Source of the DNA: Glaucostegus cemiculus
Taxonomy: Eukaryota
NCBI GenBank assembly: GCA_976551045.1
Contig: CDPCPM010000344.1
Location: 13,888,001 to 13,952,000, forward strand
DNA length: 64,000 bases
Direction: 5' to 3'
Below are positions 49,790 to 61,487 of the stretch, one piece after another. The position numbers and the translations under genes were made by a program. Under the pieces are notes generated by a model that was given only the letters and a program-made list of their open reading frames with translations, had not been told where the DNA came from and did not search any database. How positions within the stretch are numbered: position 1 is the first letter of the stretch; the number at the start of each line of letters is the position of its first letter.

Positions 49790-50450
49790 GTTTCCATTCA
49801 GCAGGTTAAGGGTTACTTGCTCTGTAATGTTTGCTCATTATTTAGCAGGGTAACAGCTGTATAACTCCGATTATTCAGCAGGTGAGGCTTATTGCTCAGT
49901 AACCTTTGCTGATTATTCAGCAGGGTAAGGCCTACTTTGCTGTGTAAGTTTGTTGTTTATTCAGTATGATAATAAGGGTTACAGTAAAACTCCGATGATC
50001 CACTATCCGACCATTCGGAAATGCCTATGGGTTGGCACCTGACCCACCAGCTGATAGTTTCTGCATTCCCTTCCCACTCAACGGAAGTTCCCACACTCCC
50101 GATCAACGCACCGGGATTCCGCTTCTCATATTCCCTTTCAACTGCCCCGAGTCCTGCTTCCCACAGTCCCTTTACACTGAGCTGGTTCACCAGGAAATTT
50201 ACTGTGTTACTGTGTAACCTCCAAAAAAATGTGAATTAAAAATGTGTTGGGGTATTAATAGGGGAATAACATCCAAGAGTCCAGAAAATGGGCTAATCTA
50301 GCATCACTAACGTCCCGAGCGTGGTGGATTATCGGAATCTTACTAATCGCCATGTGGGTTCTGCCAATTATTCAGCAGGATGAAGGTTACTTGGTCTGTA
50401 ACCCTCGCTGTTTATTCAGCAGATTAACGTTTGCCAATCATTCAGCAGTG
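49790..50450. repeat. Degenerate minisatellite (about 30-45 bp units, ATTCAGCAG core) interrupted by a MITE
   Basis: Recurrent (tt)attcagcag(g) at about 49796, 49840, 49871, 49913, 50368, 50412 and 50440. Confidence 0.6.
49982..50345. mobile_element. Tc1/mariner (pogo/Tigger-like) MITE
   Basis: TA then cagtaaaactccgatgatcc; imperfect inverted copy ggattatcggaatcttacta at the other end. Confidence 0.65.
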
Positions 50451-50478
50451 CTAGGTCGTATGCTAGCAGTTCCTCTAC

Positions 50479-50709
50479 CTGTCCCAGTTGTTCCTGCAGT
50501 TCTCCCTTTTCCTGCTGACAAGCCATCAGGTCCTGCTCCAGCTTCTCCCGGCTCTGCTCCATAATCTGCAGGGCGTGCTCCAGGCCGTGGCGCTCGTTGT
50601 GCAGGTCCAGCTTCTCCTGTTCCAGGTGGACCAACTCATCCCGGATCGAGGTCTTTTCCTGTTCAACTTCTTTCTTCTGAGCCAGCAGCATTGTCTTCTC
50701 ATCCTCCAG
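50479..50709 (-). CDS. CROCC: Rootletin exon 8 (231 nt): LEDEKTMLL...LQEQLGQ
   Basis: cctgcag acceptor, gtagag donor; phase 0. Confidence 0.92.
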
Positions 50710-50864
50710 CTGCAGGTATATAGGAGTTATAACCCAACCAGTACAGAGCAGGAATAGCCTCTCAAACCTTAAATTGCTTCATAACTGATCTGGTTGTAAT
50801 CCCAAATCTACATTCCCACCTCCCCGCCCCCAATAACCTTTCATTCCTTTGGATGTCAAGGTGG

Positions 50865-51190
50865 AGCGACAGAGAGGCGCAGCTAGAAAAGCCGCGCCAG
50901 AGACCCGGGTTCAATCCTGCCCTCGGGTGCTGTTTGTGTGGAGTTTGCATGTTCTCTCTGTGACTACTAGGGTTTCCTCTGGTTTCTTCCTACATCCTAA
51001 TAATGTGAAGGTTGGTAAGCTAAATGGCCATTGTAAATTGCCCCTAATGTGCTGGGTGATACAACCTGGGGGTGATGACAATGTGGGGGGAGAAATGTGG
51101 GATTAATGTAGGTGAAATGGGAGGTTGATGGTTGGCACAGGCACAGGCCAAAGAGCCTGTTTCCATGCTGCATCTCACTAGGACTCTAAG
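50865..51190 (+). mobile_element. Old V-SINE
   Basis: tgtgtggagtttgcatgttctc. Confidence 0.75.
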
Positions 51191-51194
51191 GTTC

Positions 51195-51598
51195 TATTTA
51201 TCTCTGCCTGCGAAAAATTCAAAGACTCTGCTTCCACTTTCCCAATAATGAGGAAGAGGCTTCCAGATACTCCCATCCCTTGAGAGAAAAAAAATTTGCC
51301 TCATCTCTGTCTTAGAAGGGCAATCACTTATTTTTAAACCATGACCCCTTGTTCTAGATCCTCCCAGGAGAGGAAACATCCCTCCACATCCACCCAAGTC
51401 AAGAACCTCAGGATCTTAAATGTTTCAATCAAATCCCCTCTCATTTTCCTACACTCTAGTGGATATAAGCCTACCCTTTCCTCATAAGACAAACCCACCG
51501 ACTCAGGTATTAATCTAATAAACCTTCTCTAACTACTTCCTATGCACCATCATTCTTCTTCAGATAAACAAACCAACACTGTACACAGTACTTCAGGT
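51195..51598 (-). mobile_element. CR1 3' fragment
   Basis: MFPLLGGSRTRGHGLKI...EMRQIFF. Confidence 0.8.
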
Positions 51599-52025
51599 GC
51601 CTCAAGAAGGCAGCATCTATCGTCAAGGATCCTAACCATCTGGGTCATGCCCTTTTCTCGCTGCTGATATCAGGCAGGAGTTGCAGAAGCCTGAAGACTC
51701 ACATCACCAGGTTCAGGAACAGCTACTTTCCTACAACCATCAGGTTCTTGAACTGACCTGCACAACCCTAACTCTACCTCAGCAATAAAACACTATGGAC
51801 AACCTCTTGCACTGCCATGGACTTGTCTTCCATTGTGTCTGTTTTTTCTTTGCACTAAGATCTTGCTTTTGTACAGTTTTTTTTCCACTGTATGATATAA
51901 TTTTATGTATAATTTATATCCTGTGTGTTGTCTGTATCTACATGCCTGTGATGCTGTTGCAAACTTTTCCTTGTACTGTATCTCCCTGTACTCGAGCACA
52001 TGACAATACATTCGACTTGACTTCA
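51599..52025 (+). mobile_element. Rex1/Babar-like LINE 3' end
   Basis: Encodes a KDPNHLGHALFSLL..GR-like motif; (GACTT)n tail. Confidence 0.7.
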
Positions 52026-52487
52026 ATCCATGTTTGGAGTGTACTAGCTCACAAATCTGCCTACAGCCACCCTGATGTCACTAAAACAACGGTGCAATGG
52101 ATATCTGCTCTGCTCAATGTAAAACTCAGGAATTGTGCAGCCCACGAAAGTTCGGAGTTCCCACTACACACTGGATGGAGATGAGTGCACTGTACTGTGG
52201 CAAGGGTAGTGGTTCCGTTGGGAACATTAGGAAGGGAAGGGTAAGTGAGGCTTCCTGCCCCATGAATCTGCATGAAAGGCTTGGACAACCAGCACTGAGC
52301 TGGCCTGAGATGCTGCCCACACTTTTTCTCAAGGCTGTTGCACAACGGATGGTCCTTTTAATGAAGTGCTGCGGGCTGCTGGTTCCATTGTGGAAGTGTA
52401 TCCCAACATTTATGAGAGAGGAGACAAGGACGTGTGGCTGGAGATGAGGGAACAGAGGGGAGCTTGAGAAGTGAACTGCTTTGTTAC

Positions 52488-52634
52488 CTCCAGGATGATT
52501 TTGTTCAGCTGCACTTTGTCCTGGGCTAGCCCCTCATTGAAGGCACTCATCTTGGACAGAGAATCCCGCAGAGAGGCTTGCTCCGTCCTCAGCTTGCTCA
52601 GGATCAGCTCCATCTCCGCATTTGCATTCTGTAC
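52488..52634 (-). CDS. CROCC: Rootletin exon 7 (147 nt): VQNANAEMEL...NEGLAQDK...IILE
   Basis: ctcccaag acceptor, gtaaca donor; phase 0. Confidence 0.92.
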
Positions 52635-52749
52635 CTTGGGAGAAAACAATTCCATTAACATTAAATCTGACCCAATGTAAAAGTTGAACATACTCAAACC
52701 TTTAGACATCCAGACTCTGCAAAACAGGAGAATATTCCATCTAATCTCC

Positions 52750-53390
52750 AATCGATACAGCAATTCAAATGTGCAAGAATGTAAGAAGCTGCAGAGAGTA
52801 GTGGAGTCAGCCCAGTACATCACGGGCACATCCCTCCCCACCAATGGTAGTATCTACATGAGGCACTGCCTCAAGGAGGCAACATCCATCATCAAAGATC
52901 CCCACCATCCGGGCCATGCCATCTTCCTGCAGCTACCACTGGGCAGAAGGTACAGTAGCCTGTACAGTTGGGAGTGGTAATGCAGAGTTGGGCAGAGAAA
53001 AAGAAAATGGGCAAGGTTCCTTTTCCTGAATTCATTATCCAGTCAATTTTACCAGAAGTCCCACACCACCAGGACAGCTACTTCCCTTCAACCATTCGGT
53101 TCTTGAACCAACCTGCACAACCCTAATCACTACCTCAGCAGAGCAACACTAGGACCACTTTGCACTACAATGGTCTTTGTTTTTTTTTGTTCTAATTGTA
53201 TTCTTTCTTGTATAATTTGTTTAATTTATGTTTTTCTAGTGCTTGCTGTGTCTCTAATGCTATGTGCCTGTGATGCTGCCGTAAGCTTTATGTTGCATCT
53301 GTGCGTACATTTATTTTATTTTATTTACTTTTAATTTTTTTACAGCGTGCACATGTACTTGTGCATATGACAATAAACTCAACTTTGACC
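52750..53390 (+). mobile_element. Rex1/Babar-like LINE 3' end carrying a captured local fragment
   Basis: KKLQRVVESAQYITG...IIKDPHHPGHAIFLQLPLGRRY; tail gacaataaactcaactttga. Confidence 0.8.
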
Positions 53391-53737
53391 CCTTCAGACA
53401 GGTGACACCGGAGAGAGTTCTGTCACCTGGCAAGAGGACTTCCTAACTGTCATCTATTTTTTTTAGCTTGTTGCCAACTGTGGGATGGGCTCTGATCATG
53501 ACAGCCTCCCACTGCTGTCCTGGGAACATGCAGTTACCAACCTGCAGGAAAACAGTCCAAATATTTCTCTGTGGTCCACACCAACACAGCAAACACAGCC
53601 TAGCCCAATCCCACCGTCAGTTCTGGACTTCTCTAGGGTTCTACAATTGGGAGTGGTAATTCAGAGTTGGGCAGAGAAGTAAATGGGCAAGGTTCCTTTT
53701 CCTGGATTCATCATCCAGTCAATCTTACCAGAAGTCC

Positions 53738-53930
53738 AAAGTCAAAGTCGAGTTTATTGTCAAATGCACAGGTACATGTATGCACAGGTACAATGAAAAA
53801 CTTACCTGCAGCAGCATCACAGGCACAGAGCATCAGATAAGCAGCATTCACAAGAAAAACAAACATATCAACTTTTACAAGAAAGAACACAATTAGAACA
53901 AAAAAACGAAGTTTACTTCAGCGCAAAGTG
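53738..53930 (-). mobile_element. Rex1-like 3' tail, inverted
   Basis: aagtcaaagtcgagtttattgtc. Confidence 0.7.
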
Positions 53931-54220
53931 AAGTGGTCAATGTGGATATTTATCACAGGCAGGGTCTCAACTATTATCTCCCACCCCACCTCCCCCGGTC
54001 CCCACAATAACCCCTTCCCCCTGTCAAAGGTTCAATCAACACTCATTGTCAAAGGTCACACAGGTAGAATGGCTCCTTGGGCATGTAACCAGGACACCCC
54101 AAGTGCCTCAAAACTCTATATCAACACCTTCCACTGAGGAAAATGGAATGGGAAAATAAAATTGAGTCTTGTGTATAATCACAGGTTGATTGTGCATTCT
54201 GCCCCATGTTCCAAGCTTAC

Positions 54221-54365
54221 CTTGGAGAGTGCCTCTTTAATTTCAACCTTCTCGTTCTCCAGAACCTCCTTGTCCAGCGACGCCTGCCTCAGAGCCTCCT
54301 TAATCCGCACCAGCTCCTTCTTCACACTCGAGTTCTTTCCTTCCAGCTGCTGAATCATCTTGTGG
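54221..54365 (-). CDS. CROCC: Rootletin exon 6 (145 nt): HKMIQQLEGK...IKEALSK
   Basis: ccatcag acceptor, gtaagc donor; phase 2 to 0. Confidence 0.92.
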
Positions 54366-54504
54366 CTGATGGAGGAATTCATATGAACATTCAAGAACAT
54401 CAAGCCCCAGAGACAGTAACATGTAAAGAATTAACGCAAAGTTGACAACAAATATACAAAAGCTCAACAGTAAAAGCACTCCAAGTGTGGCTAACAAGAG
54501 AAAC

Positions 54505-57285
54505 TGGAGACAGTATTAGATCAAAGGAAAAGGCTAATGATGTTGTCTAGTAGCAAACTAGATGACTTGGTTTCACCTGTCTGAAGGGGTCAAAAACTAG
54601 TAGCAAGCCAGAGGACTGGAAAATTTCAGAATTCAGCAAAGGAAGACCAAGATATTGATCAGGAAAGGGAAGGTTGAGTGTGAGAGGAATCCAGCAAGAA
54701 ACTAAAAACAGACATACAAAAGCTATTACAGATATCTAAAAAGAAAAAGATAAGTAAAAATTAATATGGGTCCCTCATAGATTGAGACAGGAGAAATTAC
54801 CTAGGGAATATAATTGGTGGGGCCCAGCATATAAAAAGCTAAAGAAAAGGTAAAACATTCACAACCATGTTCAGCCAGAAGTGCCTATTAGATGAACTAT
54901 CTTGGTTTTCTCCTGAGATCCCCACCATCACATAAAACAGCCTCCCGCCAATTCAATTTACTCCAACTGATATTGAGAAGTATTTGAAAGCACTGGATGC
55001 AGCAGAAGTATGGGACCAGACAACACCCCAGCCATAGCACTGAAGGTTTACACTCCAGCACTCACTGTGCCTCTAGCCAAGCGATTCCAGTACAGTTTCA
55101 CCACTTCATCTGCCCAACAATGTAGAAAATTGCCCAGGTCGCTCCTGTTCACAAGGAGCACAACAAATCCAATCCCACTAATTATGTCCCAATCAGTCCA
55201 CTTCAGTCATCAGCAAAATGATGGAAGCTGTTGTCGACGCTGCTATTAAACAGCATTTACTCACCAATAACCTAATCACCAATGCCCAGTTTGGATTTCA
55301 CCAGGAACACTCAGAGCACATCACAGCCTTGGCCCAATCATGGCCAAAGACATGAATTGCAGCGGTAGGTGACAGTCCTTGATATCAAGGCAGCATTAGA
55401 CCACATGTGGTTTAAGGTTCTCTGGTAAAGCTGAAGTTAATGGACGGCATAGGGAAAACACTCCAGTGGCTGGGGTATACCTTGTGGAAAGGAAGGTGTT
55501 GTGGTGTCGGAAGTCAATCATCCCAGCCCAGGACATCAATGCGGGATACTCTTGGGCAGTATCCTGGGCCAAATCATCCTCAGCTGCTTCATCAATGACC
55601 TTCCTTCCATCAGAAGGTCAGAAATGGGAATGTTCGCTGATGATTTCACAATGTTCAGTTCCATTCACAACTCAACAAATGAAGCAGCCCTGTACATGGA
55701 CTGATGAGTAGCAGGTAACATTCGAGACAGTAAAATGCCAGGGCGACCATCACCAACAAGAGTGTCTAAACACCTGCCTTGGATGTTCAATTATATTACT
55801 ACTGTTGAGACCCCAACCATCAATGGCCTGGGGGGTCACCTTTGACCATAAACTCAACTGGACCAGCCACATAAATACTATGGCTATAAAAGCAACTCAG
55901 GGCTGGGCGTAAGAATGATGTGATTAAGCTAGAGAGGGTGCAGAAAAGATTCACAAGGGTGTAGCCTGGACTAGACAGCTTGAGTTAGCAGGAGAGACTG
56001 GAGAAACTGGCTCTGTTTCCCCGGGGCGAAGGAGGCTGAGAGGTGACATGATAGAGGCGTGTAAAACTATGAGAGGCATATACAGGGTAGATAGACAGTG
56101 TTTATTCCCTGTGGTAGGGGTGCCTAAAATAGAGTGGGGGGGGGAGAAGGGGTAAATTTTTCACACAAAGGGAATTTGGTATTGGAACGAGCTGCCAGAG
56201 GAGATGATTTAGGCAGGATGAGCAACAACATTTAAGAGGCAGCTGGACAGGTATTTGAATGAGCTAGACACGGAAGAGGGAGTTCGTATAGTGGCATGAT
56301 GGTCGGTACAGATGCGGTGGGCTGAACGGCTTCTTTCTATGCTGCACAAGTCTACGACTCTGTCCTGCCCTATCACCTCTTGACACCACAAAGCGTTTTC
56401 ATAATCTGTAGGGCACAAGTCAGAAGCATAATGCAGTGGCAACAACTCTCAACAGCCAAGGCAAAGCAGCCTGCCTGGTCTCCGCTCCATCAACCGCCCT
56501 AAACATTCATTGCCTCCACCGTCAGCACACAGTGGGTACCACCTACAAAACGCACTGCCATTACTTGCCTGGCCACTGCGCTAACACCTCCCAAACCTGT
56601 GATCTCTACCACAACGAAGGACAAAGGCAGCAATGTCCAGATTCCAAATACAACTCAAAAAAAAGGAAATGGCAGAACAAAGAATCTTGTGTCTGTCTTC
56701 ACGAATAGTGGGGAGAGATAGTGGACAGAAGTCAAGAGTGAATGCAGAGCTAAAGTAGCATTAATGAAGAAATAGAATTGGGCAAATTAATAGAAATGAA
56801 AGCAGTTAAATCCCCAAGATGTGATGAACTTCATCCCCAATTTTGAAAGAAGTAGCCATGGAAATATCCATTAAGGACATTGGGCCTCTACTCATTAGAC
56901 TGATGAAAGATAAGAAACACTGAAACATTAAATCCTTGCAAGGAGAGACAGGAGTTTCCCCTGGCTGAGAAGTCTAGATCAGGGATCACAGCGTCAAAAT
57001 AAAGGGTCAGCCATTTAAGAAATGGAAAGAAAGAGTTGCAAAGAAATTTCTTCATCTAGAGATTTGCGAATCTTTGGAATTCCCTGCCCAGGAGGACTGC
57101 AGAGTCCCAGTATCTGAGCAGGTTCAAGTCAGAGATCGAAAAGTTTTAGGATATTTAAGGGAATCAAGAGAGATGGGATAAATGCAGGAAAGAGGTGCTG
57201 ATATAAAATAATCAACCGTGATCGCATGGAATGGTAGGACAGTCACTAGGGTCTGAAAGGCCTGTTTCCAATCCTACTTCTTATG
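54505..57285 (+). mobile_element. Nested LINEs: CR1 X (54505-54810, 56663-57285) containing LINE Y (54815-55908, 56370-56635) containing CR1 Z (55910-56362)
   Basis: RT motif GSILGQIILSCFINDL...MFADD in Y; Z has the CR1 C-terminus and tail; flanks rejoin collinearly. Confidence 0.7.
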
Positions 57286-57317
57286 TCTGTCAGTCTGGAA
57301 CCCCGAGTGTCTCTCAC

Positions 57318-57500
57318 CCTCTCTCGACTTCCTTCAGTGCCCTCTCCTTGTCCTTCAGGATGTCCTCCTTCTCGTCCTCCAGGCTGTCCCGCTGCCTCTG
57401 CAGTTCACCATTGGCCAGCTGCAGCTTCTCGTTCTCCTGCTGCACCGTCTCAACCAGCTGCTGGAGGGACTGAAGGGACTTCTCCAAGTTCGACTTCTCA
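57318..57500 (-). CDS. CROCC: Rootletin exon 5 (183 nt): EKSNLEKSLQ...ALKEVER
   Basis: cctgacag acceptor, gtgaga donor; phase 2 to 2. Confidence 0.92.
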
Positions 57501-58196
57501 CTGTCAGGATGAGAAAGCGCAAGGCCGGCCTGGTCAAACGGGGAAGGTGGCCCGGGGCGGGGGTGAGTTCAGGATCATTACCTTTACTTGTTGCTGGCTT
57601 TCCAGGTGGAACCACTAAGGTTTAGTTTCATCCATTGCTGTTTTGCGGATTTTATTTTTAATGTCAAAATAAAGGATTTGGATCTGAAGAAAACCTTGTT
57701 AGTTTGGGGAAAGGCAGCAACAATCAGTACCACTGAGGGTGCGGACAGTGTAGTTATCCCCTAAGGTGAAAAAACATTGTGAATGCACAATTCTAGGTGA
57801 TGGCAGATACTCTTACAATCTTTACGAAGCATCTGGAGGTGTACTTGAATCACAAGGGCATAGTAGCTACAGATTAAATGATGACTGGATGGGATTATTA
57901 TAGATAAGTACTTGATGGTCAGTAAAGACGTGGTGGGCCGAAGGGCCTGTTTCTGCACTGTATGAATCTACAGCACACTTTAATCATGCTTTATAATTTT
58001 CAGATTGTGGCTTATAGTTAAGTTCTGACAGATATTAGGAAATAGATAAATGGGACAAGAAAAGATATCTACAGTGTAACAGGTTTCATTGGGGGAGTGG
58101 AGTGAGATACTTCATCGCAACAGAGGTCCCAAGATCAGCTGGAGTAGGAACTAGGGCAGGGATAAGTTCAATCAGCAGCGCCTCAGGTGGCCTCAC

Positions 58197-58396
58197 CTTC
58201 CCAGTAGGTCAGCAGAGGAGCGGAAACGATTGGCATCGCGCCTGGCATCATCCTTGGCCCTCACCGAGTCCTCGGCCTCTTCCTTGAGCTTCAGGATCTG
58301 CTGCTCCAGTGCCCGACGCTCGTTTTCACTGTCGGCCAGGTGCTTCTTCAGACTGGCCACCGTGTCCTGGGCTGCCTCGTACTTCGCACGGAGTTC
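58197..58396 (-). CDS. CROCC: Rootletin exon 4 (200 nt): ELRAKYEAAQD...RSSADLLG
   Basis: ccaacag acceptor, gtgagg donor; phase 0 to 2. Confidence 0.92.
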
Positions 58397-58807
58397 CTGT
58401 TGGAACAATGCAGGATTTAACAAGAGCACGGTGCTGTTATTGTACAAAGGTCATGGTCTTTCATTGTGGACTGGGAGGAAGCATAGACCCTTTGGCTGGT
58501 AACCTCAGCATTACAGAGCTGCATGTCTGCTGTAGCAAGGGCGCAGCGCTCCTACTTAGGAATCTGATGGTTGAATCCCACCCAAATTCAATCTCTCTCA
58601 CAGCAGCCGGTTACAGGAATCGTGGCAGCAGTGCAGTTGCTTGGAGAACTTGCATAATCTAGAAGCAGAGTAGCTGAATAACAAGGGTTTAAGAGGCAGG
58701 CTATCTTATTGCTAAGTGTGACAGCAGTAATAGGAAAACGTCCACCCTTGTTGCTCCTGTCTCCCTGTCATTGATAGTGATAATATTACATTCTCATAGT
58801 TCCTTAC

Positions 58808-59090
58808 AACATAAAAGGAGAATATTTGGCCCATTGAGTCTATGCCAGCTCTCAGAGCAATCCCATCAATCCCATTCCCTCACTTATTTCCCTATAATCC
58901 ATTCTCTCACACATGTTCCTCAATGGCCCTACCAACTGGCATCTCTTTGAGATGTGGGCACCTGGAGGAAACCTACCTGGTCACAGGGAGATTGTGCAAA
59001 TTCCACACAGTCGGCAGCTGAGGTCAGGATCGAACCTGGGTCTCTGGAGCTGTGTGGCAGCAGGACTGCTGCTGTACCACATTGCTGCCT
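58808..59090 (-). mobile_element. Old V-SINE
   Basis: gggagattgtgcaaattccacaca reverse V domain. Confidence 0.7.
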
Positions 59091-59439
59091 AACCCAGCGA
59101 CTGCCAAACAGGTCGCAGCCCTGTTCTGTGCTGAGCTAGCCAGGCACATCCAGAGCAGTAACTGTAAAGGTATGACTGGACGTGACTTCCAACGGAGGAA
59201 AGTACTGGAGTTCCTGCTCCCCTTCCTCGCAGGAGACCCCACCTGGAGGACGGGTGAGGCAACACGAGGCTCTCCTAAGGTTGGGTGTCCAGCTAATAAT
59301 GGGCTCAAGTGTACATCCAGGCCAGAAGTGAATATCAATCTGTGCCCACTACAAGGGTCGGAAAGTGGCAAGTTTAAAAAAAGGCAACAGCAGCAGGGAG
59401 ATGGGATGGGGCTTTGCTCAGCACCGTCACTTCTTGTTC

Positions 59440-59848
59440 TAGCTGCTACCAACAGGCAGGAGGTACAGAAGCCTGAAGTCCCGCATCAAGAACCGCTACT
59501 TTCCTACAATCATCAGGTTCTTGAACCGACCTGCACAACACTAACCCTACCTCAGCAACGGAACCCTGCAGACCACCTCCTGCACTGCCATGGACTTGTT
59601 TAAGACTGTCTTTGTTTCTCTTTGTACTAAGATCTTGCTTTTGCACATTCTTTGCAACTCTACAATTGTGTTTTGTTTTGGACTAATGTCTTGCTTTGCA
59701 CAGTCTTTTTCCTTCACTGGCTGTGTAATTTATATTCTGTGTGTTGTTGTCTGAACCTATGTGCCTGTGATGCTGCCGTAAACAAGTTTGTCCATTGTAC
59801 CTGTACCTCACCGTACTTGTGCATGAAAATAAACTCGACTCGACTTGA
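59440..59848 (+). mobile_element. Rex1-like LINE 3' end
   Basis: ggcaggaggtacagaagcctgaagtccc; tail aataaactcgactcgacttga. Confidence 0.75.
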
Positions 59849-59910
59849 TGGGATATCTTCAGGTGGAGTCAGTTCTACGCGGGTGGCCAAGGTGTTCGGT
59901 GTTCCCTAAC

Positions 59911-60159
59911 CTGAATCTGGAGCTGCCTCTTCTGCACTGCTCCCTGGACCACCGAGTACACAGAGTCGGCGAAGACCGGCGACAGGCTGTGTCCTGGCGA
60001 GTGGCTGCGGCGGGGAGAGGCCCGTCGGCGCGGTGACGGCGTGCGCAGGTTGGACGAGAGCCCCAGGGGGCTGAACAGGGAGGAATCCATCTCGGTGACC
60101 TCGCCGGCCCGCTCCGCGGACGTGGTCTGAGCCCCGCTGTCAGCATCAGTAATGACGAC
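59911..60159 (-). CDS. CROCC: Rootletin exon 3 (249 nt): VVITDADSG...RTPSPRRRASPRRSHSP...KRQLQIQ
   Basis: ctctccacag acceptor, gttagg donor; Ser/Pro/Arg-rich linker as in rootletin. Confidence 0.9.
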
Positions 60160-60188
60160 CTGTGGAGAGAGTGTGGTTAGTGGAGCTG

Positions 60189-60202
60189 GTTACCGTGGTT
60201 AC
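60189..60202 (-). promoter_or_regulatory. Candidate RFX X-box GTAACC-AC-GGTAAC
   Basis: Exact match to GTNRCC(N0-3)RGYAAC, in an intron of a ciliary gene. Confidence 0.4.
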
Positions 60203-60867
60203 CAACACCAGAGCCTTCACAGCAACGGCAAACAATCCATCTTCTGCAAAGTCAAATACCAATCCCATAAATTAACATCTTTAATGAGCCAAATCCACAT
60301 GGAGTAATCGGCTCCCACTTGGTAACCACGTCAGGGAGGATTCTGTGGTGAGACCGCACTAGACAGGCCTCCACTAGCTAACCATGGTGCGGACAGTTGC
60401 CTTGTTAGTGATGTCTACCGGTTAACCAGGTTAGAGAGGATGTTATGCAGTAATCATGTCAGACAATATCCCAGTGGGTAGCAATGCTAAAGAGGCCATT
60501 CTTGACAATCAAGTTATAGGCAGCTCCCCTATTAATAACCTAGGGAATAGACAGGTTACCCGTGGACTGAACATTCTCTTGCGAACCTTTACTTATTGTG
60601 ACTCTACTACAATTAGCAATCAGTGAGGTAGAGCGTCAAGCAGTCTCAAAAACGTTTTCATCTGATTTTTACTTCTTAGCCCAGGCAACGCTGAAGGTAA
60701 CAGGGAGCTACTCCATCAGTGTCCTGACTGTCACTGGGGAATTATACCCAGACTACTCAGATGCATTTATCAAAGGAACCCATGTGTGAACTGTGATGCG
60801 ATTTATTAAAGCACCACGGAGGGACCAGGCTGACCAGAATATTACATCCCTTCCCCAGTGCACGCAC

Positions 60868-60972
60868 CTGTGTAATGTCTCTCAGTATTTGATGCAAGGA
60901 TTCCATCTCTGCTTTCACAGACTCAAATTGAGCCCCGTCGTGAACATCTTGTGCCTCAGCTCGACTCGACTC
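60868..60972 (-). CDS. CROCC: Rootletin exon 2 (105 nt): ESSRAEAQ...LHQILRDITQ
   Basis: ggcag acceptor, gtgcgt donor; phase 0 to 0. Confidence 0.85.
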
Positions 60973-61390
60973 CTGCCACGGCAAAGGACCCACCATCAAG
61001 CACCCGACATCTGACACCTGGTATCCCTCCACCATCTCTCGGCACCCAACGGCCAATCCCTCAACAGGTGGGATGGCACCCATCCGCAGATTACCTAGCA
61101 ACACGAGGCACAGTAACCATCAGCTGCTACCTGGATCCCAGGACCAGAGGTACTGGCGCGGCATTGACCGGATCCAGTAATGAGAAATTCTTGCTTTGTA
61201 ATGGAGGCACAAGATCAAGGGGCCGAGTGGCCTCTGGACCAGTTTTGGGAAATGGCAGCTGGATACGGACAAGGATAACACAGATTTATTCTTCCTCTTC
61301 CTGAAATGATGTGGAGCTGCTACTGATCCACTTTCAGCAGCGATGTTGAGACTTGACCCCCTTCCCTCTCCCTGCTCACTGTTCACCCAC

Positions 61391-61487
61391 CAGGTTCTCC
61401 ACCGTCTGGCTCAGGCTGTTGATGGTCTTCTCCTTCTCACTGTTCTGGCTCTTCAGTCGCTCAACAGTCACCATCAGCTCCGTGATC
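61391..61487 (-). CDS. CROCC: Rootletin exon 1 of window (97 nt): ITELMVTVERLKSQNSEKEKTINSLSQTVENL
   Basis: ttccttcag acceptor, gtgggt donor; phase 2 to 0. Confidence 0.88.

Larger units (their letters stand above)
3018..61487 (-). other. CROCC: Rootletin (CROCC-type) gene, 3' portion: 27 coding exons, 5' end outside window
   Basis: The spliced translation is an uninterrupted coiled coil that follows human rootletin as I recall it (MKANETKLE, DLDPEVVRAALRAFLQELR, TERTLEARERAHRQRVKGLEEQ, VSTLKDQLQQELRR). The RTPSP-rich linker favours CROCC over CROCC2/CEP250; orthology needs a tree. Confidence 0.9.

Noticed and set aside
3018-61487. Assignment to CEP250/C-Nap1 or CROCC2
   Set aside because: Exon-by-exon match to recalled CROCC motifs is closer; CROCC2 is not fully excluded without phylogeny or synteny
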